Sequence record: MN159079.1
Strand: one strand, 5' to 3'
DNA length: 64,000 nucleotides
Positions 59,001-64,000 of this stretch are shown piece after piece. The notes under the pieces were generated by a model. The model saw only the letters and a program-made list of their open reading frames with translations, was not told the DNA's origin and did not search any database. Position numbers and translations under genes: made by a program. The stretch's first letter is position 1. Each line of letters begins with the position of its first letter.

Positions 59001-59276
59001 TTCCACGTCAAAGCGAGCATAACCATTGATACGATGGGTAATCGTACTGTAGGTCACACCATCTTTCACCACCGGTGGTTCGATACTGTTGTGAGTGGGT
59101 GTCGGATTCAGATAACGTTTGCGCAATTCCGCTATCTGTTCTTCCGTCGGGTTTTTGAGTTCGGCGATACGCTCGTCGCACACCTTAGCCAGCGCAATCT
59201 TGATCGCCGGCCAGAAGGGACTGAGAATCGACCGATCACGTTTAATAGTGAAATCGACAGACATGTTTTTCTCCAT
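56043..59276 (-). CDS. Virion/surface protein, paralogue 3 (start may be 59264)
   Basis: Family N-terminus (SPFWPAIKIALAK...KRYLNPT...GYARFDVEV); GGAG precedes the second ATG. Confidence 0.75.
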   Translation of the reverse strand: MEKNMSVDFTIKRDRSILSPFWPAIKIALAKVCDERIAELKNPTEEQIAELRKRYLNPTPTHNSIEPPVVKDGVTYSTITHRINGYARFDVEVHALPFKDLFMDLLPHTKTFTGLYECATVSDMIATAHFHKEKGDYFYVVETDKFYYFARKKLLGNDIYNFPVVTDIIFEKMSGFHFPTSTNPAEDPQRVIIEDSSIEGVGEIVLLSGDKLDEESEQSFLATFPEKVLFNEHDGKVVVDLVLNKKLDFDATRLVGKNLSWPGPALFTNDFVGNLTKVSDTAYTAELEFTLPYQMEALEPSSLVFEAEFSNEGGDKKATSNSTFVFEPTLDPLRFRNDSFIATKAGSFYFKDVGRVTLPQGFMFSLGDDEKITAIPDDWVLKGPFADVGAMTYVEKLGLHHIACRVTGCGNAELAMSFGQRTMVHPFIAGARMRDVSFDFAQTPATDMDPLFSAKLQLTVDHEINHDNFQGLNVTATANPNEPWVAPYEYISDVGSNEHHRIISNPLVRSYGSTERLVASHPGEWFELKAEFKDGEVVTNWVMDLYHQLSVIECRTDLELGDQNKLNLEALVHPNKLNEFYVPDWFFKEGYYNKSLIQVVKTGFVDTPFNNEGQDKVQMSRIVILDRNYVPGDDITITLPVGIIKDGLQYFNVVTVTLTPKVVYPDIACTYSSGERSLVFTPLIGIPYTDEHAIPVTFESVSAVLNNLEFIHEEIPYGQVTDRQSVSLKLRVIDENLPASLIRPVLNFKVRDKEVSIHDQWAHFYYQGLGETRLSQAVQVRKESSGTTSFVMLKKDLPSLLPSVVNLKMPLAGIVEARVEEGTMFAAFHTDVPHGDLWTEPMGDGTYVLEITYPGMDSPVKGNVLKGPPIPPYGKNPGFELASDPEVMEVVLSFQYLWMNDLATSPHDVYVLDLNGKAGRVLHSGPAIHSTAVENSITPIERPYQPLFVSPVGLSGWFIESGQVITHKPPLLTGWVHELAEGEWDHEYFQPWNVVYRNTETGEVVKNTAGNLIEIISYSVNGESNSPRVKFSQEGVRFTNPARVTPGEKVTVRAKFRAGTWEGEVKPTFVATITLTT

Positions 59277-59333
59277 TTGGTTTGTTATAGCTTATTACCT
59301 AGGCATAGCATTCGGAAATAAATAAAGCCATAT

Positions 59334-59367
59334 AAAGACACTCCTGGACTTAACCAGGAGTGTCTTT
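59334..59367 (-). terminator. Intrinsic terminator
   Basis: aaagacactcctgg-acttaa-ccaggagtgtcttt, a 14-bp stem. Confidence 0.8.
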
Positions 59368-59370
59368 TAT

Positions 59371-61407
59371 TTATGACTCTAATTCTGGACTACAAATGGC
59401 GTAAGCACCAGGATCTTCTTTATCTATGATGTCGAAGGTCATCCCTATTATCTCACCATACCCGTGCGGAGGGAAGTCGTAAGTGGTAACGATCAAGCCT
59501 TCGCTGCTTGCGTAACTATGAAACCCTCCTTCCGTCACCACTCCAAGTTGGTATTTTATTTCCTTGAGTCTTCTAATGATTAGAGAAGAATTGGATTTAC
59601 CATCGGTGCGTCTCACAATAGCTGTGAACGTAGTGTTATGCCGACTACAAGTTGTCTCGAACGGGATTTCGTGAATGGTGTAACTGAAATCTTTATGAAC
59701 AACTTCACCTTCGATCTCGAGTGTGGCTTTCAGGGTCACACGGTCACCAAATACTTGATCCTCTATCTTTTCTTTTTCCTTGTTGATTAGATACGTAATC
59801 CCAGGATGATAACCCGGTACACGCATTACGTTATAACCACCACTGACGTCAACGTTCAGAACTCGCCATGTTCTCTTTACATCTGCAAGATTATCGGAAT
59901 CGATTAGCGAAAAATTAAGGACCATCTCGTCTTGCTGGAACAATCCGAGTGCTGAAACTAAGCCATGGTCATCTTGTTCATCACCCAAATACCTGATATA
60001 TCTAGCCGGGAATGCGTACTGATCTGCACTCCAGCGTATCAACCAAGCCGGCTCTCTGACTCCAACGTGCTTAATAAAATGAAACCCGTCGCTGTCAAAA
60101 CTAGTTATCCTGTATGACAAGGAATGGTATTTGTCGTATAAATCCAGGGTGGGGGTGAAGAAAGGATGTATAACGTTACCGTCATCATCCAGATATTCCA
60201 TTTCTACAGTCAAACGGTCATCTGTTTCCTTCACCCCCAACACCTTTAAATTCGGTTCTGCCGAATAATATTGGGTGTCTGTCCACACAATCTTGTCTTG
60301 GAAGGGATGCGATATGGAATGTACGTGGATTTTGCAGAGAGTCGCGTACATCATCCCGTGGTTGGCGTTAATGCCTGTGTTGACTATGAGTTTGTTGTTA
60401 ACCCATTCAGCACTGACTGGTTTTTCCGGTGTGATGAGAACATCGGTTATGGAACTGACACATTTCGAGAGTGCGATCTCTTTCCCGTCATCAGGGTAAA
60501 TCTCGATAAGCAGTTCTTCCCCAAAGACATTAACATATGAGAAATTCTGTTGGTGAACTCCCTTTAACTCATTGGGAAATGAATGTTGTTTTTGATTGAG
60601 AGTGATCGAGAACTCCTCTGAATCTTCTTCCCATTCCTCCCACACAGTTCCGAAAGTCAACACACGACCGTCGTCGGAAATTGCTGTCCATTCCGGCATG
60701 AACTTACCGAAACGAGTATCGGTATCCCAAACATAAACACCACTAGGTGAGCGGGCTGTAAATATAAATAACGTTCTCTTGTTAGGGAAATCGTATTCTA
60801 TCTTCAATGTAACTGTGTCGTCCTCTGGGAAAAGTTCCTTGAGAACCTTTCGTTCATAAACAGGGATGACAGTGGTATTCAGCGCCGGGTCATTCAAAGT
60901 GATCTCCCCTGTAGGAAGATCTTTATCTGTTGGGATAGATTCGTCGAATGTCGTTCCGGAGAATTTGATATCTCCGAACAACTCGTCGAGAAGTTCTTGT
61001 GATATTTCTTCATCTAAAACAATGAAGAAATTCCCATTGTGATCCAGAACGAGTTGATTCCCCTTGGATTGCTCACCCCAGATTATCTCGTGTTCTTGAT
61101 CTTCATCTAGTTCCACGAGTTCCAGCCCATATTCGTCTAGGAGATCTTGAAGTGACAATGGTTCAACAGGGATGTCTACTCTGGCGTATCCCCGCGTTCT
61201 TACTGCAATACAAGCCAGTACTTGCTCATCACTGGTACGTGTCGATTCGATTTCAATTTCGTCGGCACCCACGTCGCGATACTTTCGTTCTAAGTCTTCC
61301 AGACTCGTGGTTCCGAGTTCAGACGTTATCAACCCGTTAAGGTAACGTTTGATTCCCGGATAAAGAGGGCTCCTTCCCTTCGTTCTTGGTCCTAAGTTAG
61401 TAGTCAT
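59371..61407 (-). CDS. Virion/surface protein, paralogue 4
   Basis: Family N-terminus (SPLYPGIKRYL...RKYRDVGADEIEIE...GYARVDIPVEPLSLQDLL); AAGGAG RBS. Confidence 0.75.
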   Translation of the reverse strand: MTTNLGPRTKGRSPLYPGIKRYLNGLITSELGTTSLEDLERKYRDVGADEIEIESTRTSDEQVLACIAVRTRGYARVDIPVEPLSLQDLLDEYGLELVELDEDQEHEIIWGEQSKGNQLVLDHNGNFFIVLDEEISQELLDELFGDIKFSGTTFDESIPTDKDLPTGEITLNDPALNTTVIPVYERKVLKELFPEDDTVTLKIEYDFPNKRTLFIFTARSPSGVYVWDTDTRFGKFMPEWTAISDDGRVLTFGTVWEEWEEDSEEFSITLNQKQHSFPNELKGVHQQNFSYVNVFGEELLIEIYPDDGKEIALSKCVSSITDVLITPEKPVSAEWVNNKLIVNTGINANHGMMYATLCKIHVHSISHPFQDKIVWTDTQYYSAEPNLKVLGVKETDDRLTVEMEYLDDDGNVIHPFFTPTLDLYDKYHSLSYRITSFDSDGFHFIKHVGVREPAWLIRWSADQYAFPARYIRYLGDEQDDHGLVSALGLFQQDEMVLNFSLIDSDNLADVKRTWRVLNVDVSGGYNVMRVPGYHPGITYLINKEKEKIEDQVFGDRVTLKATLEIEGEVVHKDFSYTIHEIPFETTCSRHNTTFTAIVRRTDGKSNSSLIIRRLKEIKYQLGVVTEGGFHSYASSEGLIVTTYDFPPHGYGEIIGMTFDIIDKEDPGAYAICSPELES

Positions 61408-61494
61408 AACGACTCCTTATTACACGTCCTGTCAGAAGTAACAGGCATAAAATTAAATTTATTCCTCAGTTAATAAATAAATCATAGGTTGATA

Positions 61495-61525
61495 ACACTT
61501 CACCGGGATAGCCCCGGTGAAGTGT
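61495..61525 (-). terminator. Intrinsic terminator
   Basis: acacttcaccggg stem paired with cccggtgaagtgt. Confidence 0.75.
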
Positions 61526-61533
61526 TTATTATG

Positions 61534-62004
61534 TTATTCGGCCAGCGACGTGATCACACCACAAATGCTGTAGTTGTGCCTGATGAAATCACAACTTCCC
61601 ATGGCGTTGGTGACTTGGGCAGGTTCGGTGGACTGGTGAATCCCACGAACTATCCAACTATCGGGATCGCTTTGGTGGATGGTGTATCCCATCAGGATAA
61701 AGTTTTCCTCCATCTGTTCTATGTTGGAAATCACATCTGGGCTGTAGCAGACACCCTTGGAAATCCTCCAGGTAGGCTTACCTTCCCCGCCAATCATAAC
61801 GATCGTGAACCCACGGGAAATGAGGCTGGACAACGCGGCCTCAAAGTGAGATGCGTTCCCTTCTGCCTGACGTTGTTCAATCAGGAAGGAAGCCAGCTCC
61901 GGATTATCTTTACGGAAAGTCTCGCCGAATGACTTATCACTTTCCTGACGACGAGTGATGTTGTCACTCACTACTGTTTTTACCCAGTCATGAAAACCTT
62001 TCAT
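61534..62004 (-). CDS. Hypothetical protein
   Basis: AAGGAG RBS before the ATG at 62004, immediately downstream of nrdB. Confidence 0.7.
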   Translation of the reverse strand: MKGFHDWVKTVVSDNITRRQESDKSFGETFRKDNPELASFLIEQRQAEGNASHFEAALSSLISRGFTIVMIGGEGKPTWRISKGVCYSPDVISNIEQMEENFILMGYTIHQSDPDSWIVRGIHQSTEPAQVTNAMGSCDFIRHNYSICGVITSLAE

Positions 62005-62020
62005 TGTTAACTCCTTGGTG

Positions 62021-62443
62021 TCAGATGGTGATATCGTCGAATGCACCTTCTTCTACAGTAGCGTCGATCTGACCTACCAGGTAGGACTTGACTTCTACTT
62101 CTTGGGGCGCTACTTGGACGTTATCACTGTTCAAGTGTGTATTGATCCACGGGATCGGGTTACTGTTGGAACCAGGGAAAGCTTCCGGGAGACCGATAGC
62201 CTTCATACGGATGTTGGTGATGTACTCGACGTACTGACAGAGAATGGTCTTATTGAGACCGATCATGGAACCATCTTGGAAGAGATAGTTGGCCCACTCC
62301 TTCTCTTGGTCGGCAGCGTCCTTGAAGATTTTCTGAGATTCCTGGAAACACTCCATGGCGATTTCCATCATCTCCGGATCATCACGGCCATCAGCCATGA
62401 GGTTCAGCATGTGCTGAGTACCGGTAAGGTGAAGAGCCTCGTC
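62021..62443 (-). CDS. nrdB: Ribonucleotide reductase class Ia beta subunit, 3' exon
   Basis: [15 protein letters not shown]...[17 protein letters not shown]...[19 protein letters not shown], near-identical to enterobacterial NrdB; 141 codons. Confidence 0.95.
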   Translation of the reverse strand, partial: DEALHLTGTQHMLNLMADGRDDPEMMEIAMECFQESQKIFKDAADQEKEWANYLFQDGSMIGLNKTILCQYVEYITNIRMKAIGLPEAFPGSNSNPIPWINTHLNSDNVQVAPQEVEVKSYLVGQIDATVEEGAFDDITI

Positions 62444-63472
62444 CGTTGTGGTCGATTGAGTTTGCAAAGCTCAACCCGTTCTCTTATGAACTGCTATCAT
62501 GTCACCATGTAGACCAGACTATATCACGATCCTGATTCGTTACATCAGGACCCACTGCGTTTCGAGTGCCATAAGCTTGCACCCTACTCTACTCCCTTCC
62601 ATGAACAACCGTTATTTGTTGTGCACGTGGTTTCGATAGTCGTTGCACTACCCCTGCCTAGTTTCACCAGAGCGCCATCTCGAAATGGTACTAGGGTCCA
62701 CATTGACAGTCTTTGCTATTTCTCTGTTTGTGTGTGTATCTTTCATTTCTAGGTATTTCAGGAATTTCTCTTTAAACCCATCTGGTTTATTAGAGCGAGG
62801 GATAGAGGTGAATTTATCATAGACCGCTTTCCATCGTTTACCGTGCCTCATCAAGGAGACATACCTGGGATGAATATTAAAGGTGCTGGCTATGGTTTCG
62901 TTATCGGAACCATTTACCATCATCTCAAATGCTTGATGTGCTTGGTCGGCTGTGAGTTTTGCCATGGAGTTTGTTTCTCCAGGTCTTCCTTTAGCCAAAC
63001 CTTTCTCATACGCCCGTTTTGTATTTTCGGCGTGAGTGATCACCTCTAAATTCTCTAATGCATTGTTGGTCTTGTCGCCGTCCTTGTGGTCGACAACCAT
63101 TCCTGGAGGGATACCTCCTTTGAAACAATGACAGAGAATGCGATGAACCGTCCCCGATCCTCCAACAAGCTTGGTGACGTGGTTTCCAATGAACCAGTAA
63201 CCTGAACTTTTAGAAATAACGGGTTTTAGAAAGATTTGTCTGGCTTCAGACCAAACACGACCATCCGGGTACACCAGATGTTTTTCAGTTATCCAAACAG
63301 GGAAATATTGCATCGTTTCGTCTCTAGCTTATACTGTTATAAGATAGGACTGTGGATAGCTCAGGATTGACTCAATATTTGTAACGACACGGTTTTCCAG
63401 TCCCGTTGAGTTGTCCCCTGAATTAACAGTGTTATTCAATTAGCATTACTGCTAAAGGCCGCTATGTCGTTA
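62444..63472 (-). mobile_element. Group I self-splicing intron (1029 nt) in nrdB, with a homing endonuclease in the P6 loop
   Basis: 5' exon ends in U (GCC CGU), intron ends in G, and splicing restores IAR/DEALH. Core elements: P AATTCAGGGGAC (63413-63424), Q AATCCTGAGC (63359-63368), R GTGCAACGACTATCG (62634-62648), S GTGATATAGTCT (62516-62527). P7 pairing GACUA/UAGUC; IGS GCGG. Confidence 0.93.
62648..63313 (-). CDS. Intron-encoded HNH homing endonuclease
   Basis: VHRILCHCF...VVDHKDGDKTNNALENLEVITHAEN; GETNSMAKLT DNA-binding segment; C-terminal HTH TNREIAKTVNVDPSTISRW. Confidence 0.92.
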   Translation of the reverse strand: MQYFPVWITEKHLVYPDGRVWSEARQIFLKPVISKSSGYWFIGNHVTKLVGGSGTVHRILCHCFKGGIPPGMVVDHKDGDKTNNALENLEVITHAENTKRAYEKGLAKGRPGETNSMAKLTADQAHQAFEMMVNGSDNETIASTFNIHPRYVSLMRHGKRWKAVYDKFTSIPRSNKPDGFKEKFLKYLEMKDTHTNREIAKTVNVDPSTISRWRSGETRQG

Positions 63473-64000
63473 ACGGGCGATCATTGAGATGATCTTGGCG
63501 TTACCTTCCATCAGTTCGCGTTCAGCGAATGCGAAGGAACAGGCGAAAGAAACATAGAACCGGATTGCTTCCAGGGCGTTGATGGACTGGAGACAGAGGT
63601 AGAGTTTCTTCTTGATGTCGCGTTTCTTGACGACCACCTGCTTACCATCGATGACGTGAGAACCTTCACCCACGGAATGAAGAAGGTTGGTCAGGTTGAT
63701 CAGATCGTCGTAGTACTTGGAGATGTCCTTGGCACGTTTCAGAATGTGTTCGTTCTGAACGATGTCGTCAAACACCACCGAGGGATCAGTGAAGATGTTC
63801 CGAAGGATGTGGGTGTAGGAACGACTGTGGATAGTCTCGGAGAAAGACCAGGTCTCGATCCAGGTTTCCAGTTCAGGGATGGAAACCAACGGGAGCAGTG
63901 CTACTGAAGGAGCACGGCCTTCCCTGAACATCGGCTTGAAGAGAGCCAGTACAGACTCCAGTGGGATTTCGAGTTTCCCCAGCCCATTGGAAAGAACCAT
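63473..64000 (-). CDS. nrdB: NrdB upstream exon (partial, runs off the window; first 27 codons do not match NrdB)
   Basis: [11 protein letters not shown]...SETIHSRSY...[16 protein letters not shown]...[12 protein letters not shown]; includes the radical Tyr motif ExxHSRSY. Confidence 0.9.

Noticed and set aside
62444-62467. ORF-track start MQTQSTTT for the nrdB 3' part
   Set aside because: These codons are intron sequence before the omega-G; the exon starts at GAC (62443).
63900-63960. Removing 4 nt (GGAA) would give GTT CAG GGC CGT = VQGR, suggesting a simple frameshift in nrdB; also KPMF resembles the N-terminal KEPMF
   Set aside because: The alternative frame upstream reads GSLQADVQ, not YQTLLDSVQ, and flanking residues do not support the KEPMF match. 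Treated as coincidence; the discontinuity itself is kept as a finding.
1-64000. tRNA, rRNA, CRISPR, integrase or transposase
   Set aside because: No cloverleaf with T-loop/D-loop consensus, repeat-spacer array or recombinase motif was recognised by eye; tRNAscan-SE would be needed to exclude tRNAs formally.

Overview
A 64-kb segment of a phiKZ-like (probably nucleus-forming) jumbo bacteriophage of Gram-negative bacteria. This rests on motif recognition and gene order; no database search was run. Left: three paralogous tail-fibre-type virion genes, the third ending in about 33 BspA/DUF285 repeats, then the contractile-tail central spike and a divergent SbcC/Rad50-like ATPase. Centre (15.6-40.5 kb): plus-strand accessory arrays with a signal-peptide-bearing gp144-like lytic transglycosylase, NAD-dependent DNA ligase, RNase HI and many hypothetical genes, driven by a recurring TTCAGA-N3-TATWAT-N3-AGTGT promoter-like motif. 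At 35.2-44.0 kb there is a cluster of host-envelope-directed genes: a glycine-zipper plus HNH-like/TM pair, a PagP-like outer-membrane beta-barrel, and a complete 1105-aa trimeric autotransporter (YadA-type anchor). Right: four minus-strand paralogues (about 680-2800 aa) sharing a ~200-aa N-terminal domain followed by variable beta-rich domains; one of them is split by an assembly gap. The window ends in class Ia nrdB, interrupted by a group I intron carrying an HNH endonuclease, with a second unexplained discontinuity at the window edge. No tRNA, rRNA, CRISPR array or reverse transcriptase was seen.
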